Part shown: positions 1-9,943 of the stretch, in pieces
Position numbering within the stretch: the first letter of the stretch is position 1
How the letters are laid out: each line of letters opens with the position of its first letter
Assembly: GCA_963822445.1 (NCBI GenBank)
Contig: CAWGHO010000002.1
Coordinates: 1,952,001 to 2,016,000 of the forward strand
DNA: 64,000 nt
Reading direction: 5' to 3'
Origin: an uncultured Acidobacteriota bacterium
Lineage (GTDB): Bacteria > Acidobacteriota > Thermoanaerobaculia > Gp7-AA8
Made by a program: the position numbers and the translations under genes
Notes under the pieces: model-generated
Told to the model about the DNA's origin: nothing
Databases searched by the model: none
Seen by the model: only the letters and a program-made list of their open reading frames with translations

Positions 1-327
1 CGCGACAAGCTCGGCTTCCACTACGACCGCTTCTTCGGCGAGCCGCCGGCCTTCTGCATGGTCAGGCGCAGCGGGGTGGTCATCATGCTCAGCTGTTTCC
101 CGCGCACGCAGGTCATGCGGCCGAATCATCTCGCCGACTCCGAGGGGGAAGCGTGGGATGCGTACGTGTGGGTCGATGACGCCGATGCGCTCTTCGAGGA
201 ATTCACGGCGAAGGGCGTGAAGATCACCCGCTCCATCTGCGACCAGCCGTACGGCTGCCGCGACTTCGACGTCGAGGACTGCAACGGTTACAGGCTCTGC
301 TTCGGTCACGACATCGAAACGAAGTAG
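1..327 (+). CDS. VOC/glyoxalase/bleomycin-resistance family protein (5' end outside window)
   Basis: Frame 1 is open from base 1 (RDKLGF...); C-terminal DQPYGCRDFDVEDCNGYRLCFG is a typical VOC motif. Confidence 0.85.
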   Translation, partial: RDKLGFHYDRFFGEPPAFCMVRRSGVVIMLSCFPRTQVMRPNHLADSEGEAWDAYVWVDDADALFEEFTAKGVKITRSICDQPYGCRDFDVEDCNGYRLCFGHDIETK

Positions 328-357
328 CCGGGGCGGCGGTGCTAGGCTACGCGAGCC

Positions 358-2925
358 ATGAAATCAGCCCGTTTCCTCGCTCTCGCGCTTCTGTTCCTCG
401 CCTCGAACCTCACCGCGGCCACGCTGCGGCTCGGCACCGACGTCGTCCCGACTTCGCAGTCGATCATGCTCACCGTCGATCCCCGCAAGGACGACTTCAC
501 CGGCTCGGTGAAAGTCGACCTGGACGTGAAGAAGGCGACGTCGAGCTTCCGCTTTCACGCCGAGGATCTGACGATCACTTCCCTGGACCTCTCGGGGGCC
601 GAAGCGTCGTTCGCAAAAGGGGAGGAAGGGACGGTCCTCGTCACGACGAAAGCACCGTTGAAGCCCGGCAAATACGTCCTCAACGTGAGCTTCGACAACA
701 AGTTCAACCGCCAGGCGGTCGGCTTGTACAAGATGCTCACGAAGGACAAAGAGCCGTATCTCTTCACGCAGATGGAGGCCATCGATGCCCGGCGCGCGTT
801 CCCGGTCTGGGATGAGCCGGCGTTCAAGATCCCCTATCAGCTGACGGTCACGATTCCCGCGGAATACGACGCGGTGGCCAACGCGCCGGTGGCGTCGGAA
901 ACGGCGAAAGACGGCTCGAAGACGATTCAGTTCGCGCGCACCAAGCCGATGCCCTCGTATCTCATCGCCCTCGCCGTCGGCAAGTTCGACTACACCCCCA
1001 TCAACGGCCTCGGCGTCCCGGGACGCGTCATCGCGCCGAAGGGACAGGGACATCTCTCGAAGTACGCGGCGGAGATCACGCCGCCGGTGCTCGCGGCGCT
1101 GGAGAAGTATTTCGGCAGCAAGTATCCGTACGAAAAAGTCGACCTCATCGCCGTGCCGGAGTACTGGGCCGGGGCGATGGAGAATCCGGGCCTCATCACC
1201 TATCGTGACACCATCCTGCTCGTCGACCCCGCAACGGCCACGCCGTCCGCGCGGCAGAACGCCATCCGCGTCACCGCCCACGAGCTCGCGCACATGTGGT
1301 TCGGCGACGTCGTGACCATGGAGTGGTGGGACGACCTCTGGCTCAACGAGTCGTTCGCCGATTGGATGGGGGACAAGATCACCGATCAGGTCCACCCCGA
1401 GTTCAACCATCTGATCGGAGAGTTGCGTGGCATTCAGCGGGTGATGAGCGCCGACGCGCGCGCGACGACGGATCCGATCCGCAAGAAGGACATGGCCCCG
1501 ACCGATGCCATGAGCAACGTCGGCATCGCCTACGACAAAGGCAAAGCGGTCCTCACGATGTTCGAGCGCTGGATCGGGCCCGAAAAGTTTCGCCAGGGCG
1601 TGCTCGATCACATCAAGAGCAACGCCTGGGGCAACGCCAACGCATCGGAGTTCTTCGCGTCGCTTGCGAAACATGCGCCGGCCGGCACCGTCGCTGCGCT
1701 GGAGACCTTCATCCTCCAGCCGGGCATTCCGCTGGTGAAGGTGGAGATGATCGGCGCGAACGAAGTGAAGCTGACGCAGACGCGCTTCGCGACCGGCACG
1801 GTCACGCCGCAGACCTGGCGCGTCCCGGTAACGATGCGCTACTCGGACGGAACGAAAGTGCGAACGGCCACCGTCCTGCTGGATGCGCCGTCGAAGACGC
1901 TGAAGCTCGAAGGCAATCGCGTCGACTGGCTGTTCCCGCACGCCCACGCGTCGGGCTACTACCGCTGGCAGATGCCCGAGGAGTCGATGTCGGCGCTGGC
2001 GTCGCGGGCTACGACGGTTCTCGAGCCGGCGGAGCGCCTCACGTTCATCGGCAACGCCGGAGCGCTCTTCAGCAACGGAACGATTCACGGCGACACGTAT
2101 CTCGAGATCCTGAGCCGCTTCGCAAACGATCCCGACCCGCAGGTCCTGTCGTCGATGATGGGCGCCCTCGCGCAGATCCGGACCGTCTTCGATACCGCCG
2201 AGAATCGCGCTCTGTTCGCCGCGTACCTTCGCCGCAATCTCGGACCGGCCCTCGATCGCATCGGCTTCACGCCCGTCGAAGGAGAGCCGCAATCGATCAC
2301 CGTCCTCCGTCCCGAATTGCTCTCGCTCCTCGGCATTTTCGGCCAGGACGAGCGCGTCTGGAAATTCGCCGCTGAGCGGTTGCCGGCGTATTTGAAAGAC
2401 CCTTCGACCGTCCATCCGACGCTGGTCAATACGGTACTCGCGCTTTCAGCCATGCGCGGTGACGAGACGTTGTACGAGGAGTACCGCAAGCGATTCGAGA
2501 CGGCCACGCTGCCCGCCGATCGCTCGCGTTATCTCTCTGCTCTCGGCCGTTTCCGCGACCCTGTGCTGAAGAAGAGGGCGCGCGCGTACTCACTCACGGG
2601 GCCGGTCCGGGCGAATGAGATGTTCGTCCTGTTCGGCGGCTCGGAAACGCCGGAAGAGCGCGACGAGGCGTTCGAGTGGGCACTCGCGAACTTCGACGAG
2701 ATCATGAAACGTCTGCCGCCGGCGTTTGCAGCGGGCATGGTCGGCATCGCTTCGGGCTGCGAACCGGAGCGCGTTGCGCGGACCCGGGAGTTCTTGACCG
2801 CGAAAAAGATCCCCGGCGTTGAGCGGCGTCTCGCGCAGGTCGAGGAGCAGGTCCGTGACTGCGCCGCACTCAAGGCGCGGGAGATGCGCGCGGTGTCGGA
2901 GTTTCTCGCTGCTGCACCGCAATGA
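358..2925 (+). CDS. pepN: M1 family zinc aminopeptidase (aminopeptidase N/ERAP-like) with signal peptide
   Basis: GAMEN and HELAHMW...WLNE (HExxH-18-E) motifs; AYDKG; hydrophobic N-terminus. Confidence 0.93.
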   Translation: MKSARFLALALLFLASNLTAATLRLGTDVVPTSQSIMLTVDPRKDDFTGSVKVDLDVKKATSSFRFHAEDLTITSLDLSGAEASFAKGEEGTVLVTTKAPLKPGKYVLNVSFDNKFNRQAVGLYKMLTKDKEPYLFTQMEAIDARRAFPVWDEPAFKIPYQLTVTIPAEYDAVANAPVASETAKDGSKTIQFARTKPMPSYLIALAVGKFDYTPINGLGVPGRVIAPKGQGHLSKYAAEITPPVLAALEKYFGSKYPYEKVDLIAVPEYWAGAMENPGLITYRDTILLVDPATATPSARQNAIRVTAHELAHMWFGDVVTMEWWDDLWLNESFADWMGDKITDQVHPEFNHLIGELRGIQRVMSADARATTDPIRKKDMAPTDAMSNVGIAYDKGKAVLTMFERWIGPEKFRQGVLDHIKSNAWGNANASEFFASLAKHAPAGTVAALETFILQPGIPLVKVEMIGANEVKLTQTRFATGTVTPQTWRVPVTMRYSDGTKVRTATVLLDAPSKTLKLEGNRVDWLFPHAHASGYYRWQMPEESMSALASRATTVLEPAERLTFIGNAGALFSNGTIHGDTYLEILSRFANDPDPQVLSSMMGALAQIRTVFDTAENRALFAAYLRRNLGPALDRIGFTPVEGEPQSITVLRPELLSLLGIFGQDERVWKFAAERLPAYLKDPSTVHPTLVNTVLALSAMRGDETLYEEYRKRFETATLPADRSRYLSALGRFRDPVLKKRARAYSLTGPVRANEMFVLFGGSETPEERDEAFEWALANFDEIMKRLPPAFAAGMVGIASGCEPERVARTREFLTAKKIPGVERRLAQVEEQVRDCAALKAREMRAVSEFLAAAPQ

Positions 2926-3710
2926 TCCGGACGATCACGGCGACGCAGTACGTCACGCCTCTGCGCGAAGGCGGATCGTTGCCGGCGATCGTCGAAGGGG
3001 ATGACGACGGGACTTATGTTCTGAAGTTTCGAGGGGCCGGGCAGGGCGTTCGCGCGCTGATCGCGGAGCTCATCTCCGGCGAGATCGCCCGCCTCCTCGG
3101 CCTTCCCGTTCCGGAGATCGTTTTCGCGGACGTCGATCCGCGGATGGCCAAGACCGAGCCGGATGCGGAAATTCAGGAGTTGCTGCGTCGCAGTGAAGGG
3201 CTCAATCTCGCGCTCGACTACCTGCCGGGCTCCATCGCGTTCGATCCGCTGGTCGACGGACCGGTGGCCGGGAAGGATCGGCTCGCGTCGAAGATCGTCT
3301 GGTTCGACGCCTTCGTGACGAACGTCGATCGCACCGCGCGCAACAGCAATCTGCTGGTCTGGCACCGCAAGCTGTGGCTCATCGATCATGGAGCGTCGCT
3401 CTACTTTCATCACTCGTGGGACGATTACCGGGAGCGGAGCCGCGGCGTCTTTGCGCAGATCAAAGATCACGTGCTGCTGCGATGGGCCAATGAGATTCAC
3501 GACGTCGATTCGGAGCTTGCCGCGATGCTGAGCGAGAGCGAGATCGCGCGCGTGGTCGACCTCGTGCCCGAGACGTGGCTCGGCGACGTCGAATCGTTTG
3601 CGACCGCTGCCGATCATCGCGCGGCGTATCGCGAGTACCTCATGCGCCGGCTGGAAGGGCCGCGCGCCTGGGTCGAGGAGGCCGCGCGTGCGCGATCTCT
3701 GCTCGTTTGA
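2922..3710 (+). CDS. HipA-like / PI3-PI4-kinase-fold protein kinase
   Basis: REGGSLP Gly loop, VLKF lysine, NVDRTARNSN catalytic loop, IDHG; ATGA overlap with upstream gene. Confidence 0.8.
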   Translation: MIRTITATQYVTPLREGGSLPAIVEGDDDGTYVLKFRGAGQGVRALIAELISGEIARLLGLPVPEIVFADVDPRMAKTEPDAEIQELLRRSEGLNLALDYLPGSIAFDPLVDGPVAGKDRLASKIVWFDAFVTNVDRTARNSNLLVWHRKLWLIDHGASLYFHHSWDDYRERSRGVFAQIKDHVLLRWANEIHDVDSELAAMLSESEIARVVDLVPETWLGDVESFATAADHRAAYREYLMRRLEGPRAWVEEAARARSLLV

Positions 3711-4080
3711 TTACGCCGTGGTCCGCGTCGTTCCCCGCGTCGAACGCGGCGAGTTTCTCAACGCCGGCGTGATCCTGTTCTGTTCGACGAAAGAGTTTCT
3801 CGACGCGCGCATCGGCCTCGATCCGCAACGCCTCCTCGCGCTCGCGCCGGAGATCGATCTGCAGCTCGTCCAGGATCATCTCGACGTGATTCCGCGCCTT
3901 TGCCGCGGCGGCGACGACGCCGGCGCGATCGGCGCGCTGACGCAGCGGGAGCGGTTTCATTGGCTCGTAGCCCCGCGCAGCACGATGATTCAGCTGTCGC
4001 CCGTTCATTCGGGCGTCGGACCTGACCCCGCGGCCGCGCTGCAGACGTTGTTCGACAAGCTCGTGCGGACCGATCGGTGA
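3688..4080 (+). CDS. DUF3037 domain protein
   Basis: FDYAVVRVVPRVERGEFLNAGV and RFHWLVAPRSTMIQ motifs; GTG start at 3688 after GAGGAG. Confidence 0.85.
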   Translation: MRDLCSFDYAVVRVVPRVERGEFLNAGVILFCSTKEFLDARIGLDPQRLLALAPEIDLQLVQDHLDVIPRLCRGGDDAGAIGALTQRERFHWLVAPRSTMIQLSPVHSGVGPDPAAALQTLFDKLVRTDR

Positions 4081-4757
4081 GAACCGACGTCATCCTCCTG
4101 CCGGGGCTGCACGGCTCGACGGCGCTGTTCGAAGCGTTCATCGCGCTCGCTCCATCGTGGGCTCGATGCCGGCCGATCGCCCTGCCGGCCGACGGAGAGC
4201 AAACGTTCGATGCGCTGGCCGATGCCCTCGAGCCGCAAGTGCGACTGCTGGAAGGATTTCTTCTCTTCGGCGAATCGTTCAGCGCGCCGATCGCCGCCAG
4301 ACTTGCTGCGCGTCTCGGCAGCAAGGTGGCCTTGCTGGTGCTCTGCAATCCGCTCGTTGATTCGCCGGTGACGATCGCACCGTCGATCGGTGTGCCGATT
4401 CTTCGCTCGCGGTTCATGCCGGCCTGGACGGCCGCTTTGGCGATGACCGGCGGCGACCGGGTCATCGCAGCGGCGATGCTGAGCGAGGTGCGTGCGCTTC
4501 CGAAGGACGTTCTCGTGCGAAGGCTGGCGACGGCTGCGTCGGCCCGAGGCGATGATCTGCTTCGCTATCTCGCCGCGCCGCTCCTCATCATCACTGGCAC
4601 CTCCGACCGCCTGCTTTCGCCGCGCCCGGTTGAAGAGATGCTGGAGAAGGTGGAGTTCAGCGTCGGCGTGGACATTGACGCTCCGCATCTCGCGGCGCAG
4701 GTCGCGCCGGCCGCGGTCTGGGCGGCAATCAACGAAGAGTTCCTCAGCGCGGCCTGA
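4077..4757 (+). CDS. Alpha/beta hydrolase
   Basis: LLPGLHG oxyanion motif, GESFS nucleophile elbow, C-terminal D..APH; GTGA overlap. Confidence 0.8.
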   Translation: MRTDVILLPGLHGSTALFEAFIALAPSWARCRPIALPADGEQTFDALADALEPQVRLLEGFLLFGESFSAPIAARLAARLGSKVALLVLCNPLVDSPVTIAPSIGVPILRSRFMPAWTAALAMTGGDRVIAAAMLSEVRALPKDVLVRRLATAASARGDDLLRYLAAPLLIITGTSDRLLSPRPVEEMLEKVEFSVGVDIDAPHLAAQVAPAAVWAAINEEFLSAA

Positions 4758-4773
4758 CTTATCCTTGGCCGCG

Positions 4774-5829
4774 ATGCGTGCGAAGGAAGACGGTATTCAC
4801 GCCACGAACAAGGACTTCGCCGGATACGACCAGGTCGAGAAACGCCAGACCTATCACCTCGCCGAATCGCCCGGCGAGGACGAGTTCGATGACGACTTCC
4901 GCATCCGCACGTGCGACATCGGCCGGTTCCTGAACGGCGACGCCGCTGACAAACGCGCCTTCGCGCGGGAGCTCGGACAGGCGCTTCGCGAAATCGGCTT
5001 TGCGATCCTCGAGGGACATGGCGTCGAGCCGTCGCTTTACGACGAAGCGGCGGACAATGTCGAAGCGTTCTTCACCTCGCTTTCACTCGAAGAGAAGATG
5101 CGCTTTCGCGCGCACCGGCATGGCTCGGTCAACCAGGGCTACTTTCCGATCCGGGAGACGAGCAACATGCATCCCGACCTCGTGGAGGGCTGGGTGTTCT
5201 GCCGTCGCGCTTTCAGCGAGCACGCGGCGGATTTCTGGCCGCTGCCCGATTACGAAAGCTTCTTTCAACGCCTCGTCGTCGCGCACGAGCCGCTGATCCT
5301 CCCGGTCATGCAGAGCCTTCTCATGGACCTCGGATGCGATCCGCATTTGTACGATCGCAAGCTCACCGGCACGAACGTCGGTCTCCGTCTGAACTACTAC
5401 CCGCCGATGTCCGACGACGACGACCAATCCGGCGCCGCCCGCCTCCTCGGCCACGAGGACGTCGACCTCTTCACGTTTCTCCCGGCACCGCGTGCCGAGG
5501 GCCTGCAGGTCCTCAATCGCCGCAACATGAAATGGGTTCGTCTCGACGCGCCGCCGGGTACGATCATCCTCAACACCGGCGATTACATGCAGCGCATCAG
5601 CAACGACGTTTATCCATCGACCACCCACCGCGTGAGCAAGCCCCGCGACGCGCAGCAGCGCCGCGAAGCGCGTGTTTCATTTCCGATGGCCGTCTACGTG
5701 TGGGAAGACGAAATCCTCGAAGTCCTGCCCTGCATCGAGAACCCGAAGTATCCGCCGGTGAAGGCCATCGAGTTCCACACCAGCATCACCAGCAAGTTCT
5801 ACGGCGACGATTACGCGGTCAAGGCGTGA
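4774..5829 (+). CDS. 2-oxoglutarate/Fe(II) dioxygenase, isopenicillin N synthase-like
   Basis: LRLNYYP, HEDVD, NTGD..Q..SN...STTHRV, RVS motifs; start placed at ATG 4774. Confidence 0.88.
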   Translation: MRAKEDGIHATNKDFAGYDQVEKRQTYHLAESPGEDEFDDDFRIRTCDIGRFLNGDAADKRAFARELGQALREIGFAILEGHGVEPSLYDEAADNVEAFFTSLSLEEKMRFRAHRHGSVNQGYFPIRETSNMHPDLVEGWVFCRRAFSEHAADFWPLPDYESFFQRLVVAHEPLILPVMQSLLMDLGCDPHLYDRKLTGTNVGLRLNYYPPMSDDDDQSGAARLLGHEDVDLFTFLPAPRAEGLQVLNRRNMKWVRLDAPPGTIILNTGDYMQRISNDVYPSTTHRVSKPRDAQQRREARVSFPMAVYVWEDEILEVLPCIENPKYPPVKAIEFHTSITSKFYGDDYAVKA

Positions 5830-6955
5830 TTCCGAAGCGCATCGGCGAGAACAGCGCGATGTCGTGCGCGGTCCGCCCGTCGATGGCCAGCTCGGCGAGG
5901 ATCTCTCCGATCACGCTCGCGAACTTGTAGCCGTGTCCGGAGCACGGTGAGGCCACGATGACGTTCGCGTGGCGTGCGTGCGTGCCGAGGATGAAGTGAT
6001 GGTCGGGCGTGGTCGTGTACATGCAGGTCGTGGTGTGAAGTAGCGGACCGGCCAGCGACGGGATTCGCGAGACCCACGCGGCGCGGATCTGTTCGACTTC
6101 GCCATTCGATACGCTGCGGTCGATCGTCTCCGCCGTCGTCGGCTGCCCGCCGAAATGGAACCCGACCTTCACGCCACCCGGTGGCCCGTCCTGCGCCGGG
6201 AATCCATAGATCTGGCGTCCTCTCTCGAGCTCCCAGACGTAAATCGGAAAGTGATCCTCATGAAACGGCTCGATCCCGCCGATGGGATCGAACCAGTACA
6301 GCACCTGACGCTCGACGCGCAGCGGCAGGCCGAGGTCGGCGAGGAGCTCCGGCGCCCACGGTCCTGGTGCGAGCACGAGGCGCTCTGCTTCGTACGTCGC
6401 GCGTGATGTAGTGACGCGCACGCCGGATGAAGTCGCAGCCCAGAAGAGGACCGGCTCCTCGAATCGCAACTCGGCGCCACAGGCAGCAGCGCGTTGCAGA
6501 TGAGCGAGTGTGCTGCGCTCCGGATCGAGAAAGCCGGCCATCCGTTCGTACAGACCGACGGTTCCCGGCGCGGGCGTCATCGGCGGAAAGCGGCGTTTGA
6601 TCTCCGCCGCGTCCAGCACCTCGTGGTCGAGACCATGCATTTGCGCGCTGGCCAGGCTGCCGGTGAACACATCGCTTTCCGGTGTGCCGATCATCAGCCC
6701 TCCGGTGATGGTGAGCAGCGATGCCGGCGTATCGCGATCCAGTTGCCGCCACAACTCGTACGCGCGAAGGAGCAGCGGAACGTACGCGGGGCTCTCGAAG
6801 TAGGCCTGGCGGATGATCCTCGATCGTCCGTGGCTCGATCCGCGATCGTGGGCCGGAGTGTAGCGATCGAAGCCGAGAACGGAGGCGCCGCGCGCCGCGA
6901 GGTGTGCCGCGGCGGCGCTGCCCATTCCGCCAAGGCCGGCGACGATCACCTTCAT
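5819..6955 (-). CDS. solA: N-methyl-L-tryptophan oxidase / monomeric sarcosine oxidase family flavoprotein
   Basis: GLGGMG FAD motif, GSSHGRSRIIR, CMYT (flavinylated Cys), CSGHGYKF; start MKVIVAG at 6955. Confidence 0.88.
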   Translation of the reverse strand: MKVIVAGLGGMGSAAAAHLAARGASVLGFDRYTPAHDRGSSHGRSRIIRQAYFESPAYVPLLLRAYELWRQLDRDTPASLLTITGGLMIGTPESDVFTGSLASAQMHGLDHEVLDAAEIKRRFPPMTPAPGTVGLYERMAGFLDPERSTLAHLQRAAACGAELRFEEPVLFWAATSSGVRVTTSRATYEAERLVLAPGPWAPELLADLGLPLRVERQVLYWFDPIGGIEPFHEDHFPIYVWELERGRQIYGFPAQDGPPGGVKVGFHFGGQPTTAETIDRSVSNGEVEQIRAAWVSRIPSLAGPLLHTTTCMYTTTPDHHFILGTHARHANVIVASPCSGHGYKFASVIGEILAELAIDGRTAHDIALFSPMRFGITP

Positions 6956-8439
6956 CGGTGGCGCATCACGCCCAGCGCCAGCCCCAGCGCGAGCGCGATC
7001 ATCGTCCACAGCACCAGCTCGTTCGGCGGCAATACGAAGATGACCGTGATCACGACGCACCAGACGATGGCCACGAAGTTGATCAGCGGGCCGAATCGTC
7101 CCAGGGACCACGGCGTCATCTCCCGCGGCAGGCGATTGCGGAAGTTCAGGTAGATCGGAATCACATACGCGAGATAGAGGGCGATGGTGCTGATCGACGT
7201 GACGACGTAAAACGCCGCGGCGTACAGGCAGAACAGCACTGCCAGCAGCGACGTCACGACGATCGCGTGCACGGGCGTGCCGTTGCTGCTCACGCGCTTG
7301 AGGTAGCGCGAGCCGGGCATGCCGTCGTCGCGGGCGAAGGCGTACCACATGCGGCCCATCGAGGTGACCGAGGCCAGGCCGCAGAGCCACATCGCGCCGC
7401 CGATGATGATGGCGATGGTGTTCGTGAGCGCGGGCGCGAGGTTGCGCTCGATGATGTGCAGGACGGGGTACGGGTGCGCGGTGGTCGTTGCGAGATCACC
7501 GTCCGGAATGCACCAGGTCAGCACTATCAGCATCACGTAGCCGACCACCGCGGAGACGGCGACGGAGAGAAAGATTCCCCACGCCGAATTGAGGCGAGCC
7601 ATCTTCGTCTCTTCCGCGACATGCGCCGACGCGTCATAGCCTGTGTACGTCCACTGCGCCTGCAGCAGCGCCAGCACGAACAGAAGTCCCATCGGTGCGG
7701 CGCGGTAAAGATCGGCAAGCGCGGGGATCAGGCGGAAGAGCGGCGAGGCGATCGATGCATCGGCGACGGCGAGCGTGCTGGATGCCGCGTACGCATCGAC
7801 GGTCGGCGCGAAGGAAAACAGGAAGGACGCTGAGTTGTGATGCTTGCCCAAGAAGGTCAGCAGCAGCACGATCGCCAGCACGCCGCCGATGTGCCACCAC
7901 ACGCTGATGTCGTTGAGCCGCGCGGTGAGGCGGATGCCGTAGATGTTGATCAGTACCTGCGGAATCATGATCAGCACCATCACCGCGACCTGGAAGTACC
8001 AGTTCGTGTAGTCGCCGGTCAGCGCGAAGATCCGCGTCGCCGCGCCGATGAGGTAGATCGCCGCGGCGATGTTGATTCCGGCGGTGATCGTGACCTGGCC
8101 GATCATGTTCAGCCACGCCGTGATCCACGCCCAGCGCGGCCCGCCGAGGCGTTGCGCCCAGAAATAGAGTCCGCCCGCCGTCGGATACGCGGATGCGATC
8201 TCGGCCATCGACGCGGCCACGGCCAGAGTGAAGAGACTCACCAGTGGCCAGCCGACCGAGTTGACGATCGGCCCGGCGAACTTCAGCCCGTAGCCGTACA
8301 GGAGCACCGCGCCGGTGAGGATGGAGATGATGGAAAAGGAGATGGCGAAGTTCGAGAAGCCGCCCATCTCCCGGAAGAGCTGCTGCCCGTAACCGAGGCT
8401 CTGGAGATAGCTCTCGTCGTCGTCGCGCGGTCTCGTCAT
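6952..8439 (-). CDS. APC-family amino acid/polyamine permease
   Basis: About 12 TM segments; FSNFAISFSIIS, EIASAYPTAGGLY, GYDASAHVAEET motifs. Confidence 0.9.
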   Translation of the reverse strand: MTRPRDDDESYLQSLGYGQQLFREMGGFSNFAISFSIISILTGAVLLYGYGLKFAGPIVNSVGWPLVSLFTLAVAASMAEIASAYPTAGGLYFWAQRLGGPRWAWITAWLNMIGQVTITAGINIAAAIYLIGAATRIFALTGDYTNWYFQVAVMVLIMIPQVLINIYGIRLTARLNDISVWWHIGGVLAIVLLLTFLGKHHNSASFLFSFAPTVDAYAASSTLAVADASIASPLFRLIPALADLYRAAPMGLLFVLALLQAQWTYTGYDASAHVAEETKMARLNSAWGIFLSVAVSAVVGYVMLIVLTWCIPDGDLATTTAHPYPVLHIIERNLAPALTNTIAIIIGGAMWLCGLASVTSMGRMWYAFARDDGMPGSRYLKRVSSNGTPVHAIVVTSLLAVLFCLYAAAFYVVTSISTIALYLAYVIPIYLNFRNRLPREMTPWSLGRFGPLINFVAIVWCVVITVIFVLPPNELVLWTMIALALGLALGVMRHR

Positions 8440-9536
8440 TTCTTGTGGAGCACTACTTTGCCACGAGAGACGACGAGAACGGGTGATCGAAGAGTGGTGA
8501 TGTCGGCCAGCGGATCGCCGTTCACCGCGACCAGGTCTGCCGAGCCGCCCGGCTCGATGCGTCCGATCTCGCGAATGCGCAGGAGCCGCGAGGCATGCGT
8601 GGTCGCGGAGCGGATCGCCTCGAGTGGTGAGAGTCCGACTTCGACGAGCGCTTCGAGCTCCGCGGCGTTCTGCCCGTGCGGAAGCACGGTTGCATCGGTG
8701 CCCAGGACGATCGGCACGCCGGCGCGCACGGCCGCGGCGATGTTCGCGTAGGTGCGAGTCTTCGCATTCGGACGTGACGCGAGGCGGGCCAGCGTCGGTA
8801 CGAGCACGACGTTGCGCTCGCGCATCAGCTTCGCGGTTTCGGGATCGATGAGACCTCCATGTTCAATCGAGTCGACTCCCGCTTCGACAGCGTTGCGGAT
8901 CGCACGCGGTCCCTGGGCATGCGCCGCGACCCGCACCTTCAACACTCGGGCGTCGCTCACGATCGCGGCTAGTGTCGCTGGATCGGTTTCAATGCTGTCC
9001 GCGTCCGCCGGTCCGCCGACCACGCCGCCGCCCGCGCACACTTTGATCCACGTCGCACCGAGCTCTCGGACCTGTGCCCGCACTTTTTCGCGCGCGTCGT
9101 CGGGGCCGGTCACGATCGCCGCATCGCCGAAAGTCTTGTGGCAGATTCCATCGCGCGGGCCGAGGCCGGGGCCGGAAAAGACGACGCGCGGCGCGGCGAA
9201 GCGGATCGGCTGCGCTGCATTTGAGCCGAGGTTGCGCACGGTGGTGAACCCTGCTTCGACGGTCGCGCGTGCAGCCTCGTCGCCGGCAGCGCCGCTCCAG
9301 ACGAGATGGACGTGGGCATCGATCAAACCAGGGAGAAGCGTGGGAACGTGGATCGCGCCGTTCGGAGCACGTCCCGTTTTCACGGAGACGATCCGGTCGC
9401 CGTCGATGGTCACGATCGCGTTCTCGAGGTACCGGCCCGACTGGACGTCGAGCATCCGGTCCGCCGCGATCACCAATCGATCGCCGGGCGACGTCGCGCA
9501 CGCGCAAAACAAAAGCAGCGCGACTGCGATCCTCAT
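8436..9536 (-). CDS. Metal-dependent amidohydrolase (Xaa-Pro dipeptidase-like), probable lipoprotein
   Basis: LPGLIDAHVH, WIKV, AAHAQG, SIEHG, GTDA motifs; possible lipobox near N-terminus. Confidence 0.88.
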   Translation of the reverse strand: MRIAVALLLFCACATSPGDRLVIAADRMLDVQSGRYLENAIVTIDGDRIVSVKTGRAPNGAIHVPTLLPGLIDAHVHLVWSGAAGDEAARATVEAGFTTVRNLGSNAAQPIRFAAPRVVFSGPGLGPRDGICHKTFGDAAIVTGPDDAREKVRAQVRELGATWIKVCAGGGVVGGPADADSIETDPATLAAIVSDARVLKVRVAAHAQGPRAIRNAVEAGVDSIEHGGLIDPETAKLMRERNVVLVPTLARLASRPNAKTRTYANIAAAVRAGVPIVLGTDATVLPHGQNAAELEALVEVGLSPLEAIRSATTHASRLLRIREIGRIEPGGSADLVAVNGDPLADITTLRSPVLVVSRGKVVLHKK

Positions 9537-9934
9537 CGCCGCCTCTCATCCCACGACGGTTTGCCCGCGCCGTGAATCAGGAAGCCGATCGATGCGAACA
9601 ACATGATCAACGCGAGTGCGGCCGGCGGATAGCCACCGGCGCGATGGGCGATGAGGATGGCGCAGATGAAGTTGATGATCATCACCAGCGCCGCCGGCCG
9701 GATGAATGCGCCGAGGATGAAGAGGATGCCGCAGAGGAACTGCGCGTAGGCGGAGACATGCGCGGCGATGAGCGGCCACGGCGTGCCGCGCGCGGCGAGG
9801 AAGTCCCGGAACTCCAGCATTCGCGCGTAATCGAAGATGTTGTCGGCCGTGCCGTAGATCAGATGGAAGCCGATGATCAGGCGGATGAAGAACAGGCCGT
9901 ACTCGCGGCGCCGCTCCAGCCAGTCGTATCGCAT
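9533..9934 (-). CDS. DoxX family membrane protein
   Basis: 4 TM segments; C-terminal GAGKPSWD. Confidence 0.85.
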   Translation of the reverse strand: MRYDWLERRREYGLFFIRLIIGFHLIYGTADNIFDYARMLEFRDFLAARGTPWPLIAAHVSAYAQFLCGILFILGAFIRPAALVMIINFICAILIAHRAGGYPPAALALIMLFASIGFLIHGAGKPSWDERRR

Positions 9935-9943
9935 GACGGCACG

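Noticed and set aside
364-2415. Long antisense ORFs (also 61061-62497, 29510-30643 and others)
   Set aside because: Shadow ORFs expected from high GC3 codon bias; no motifs
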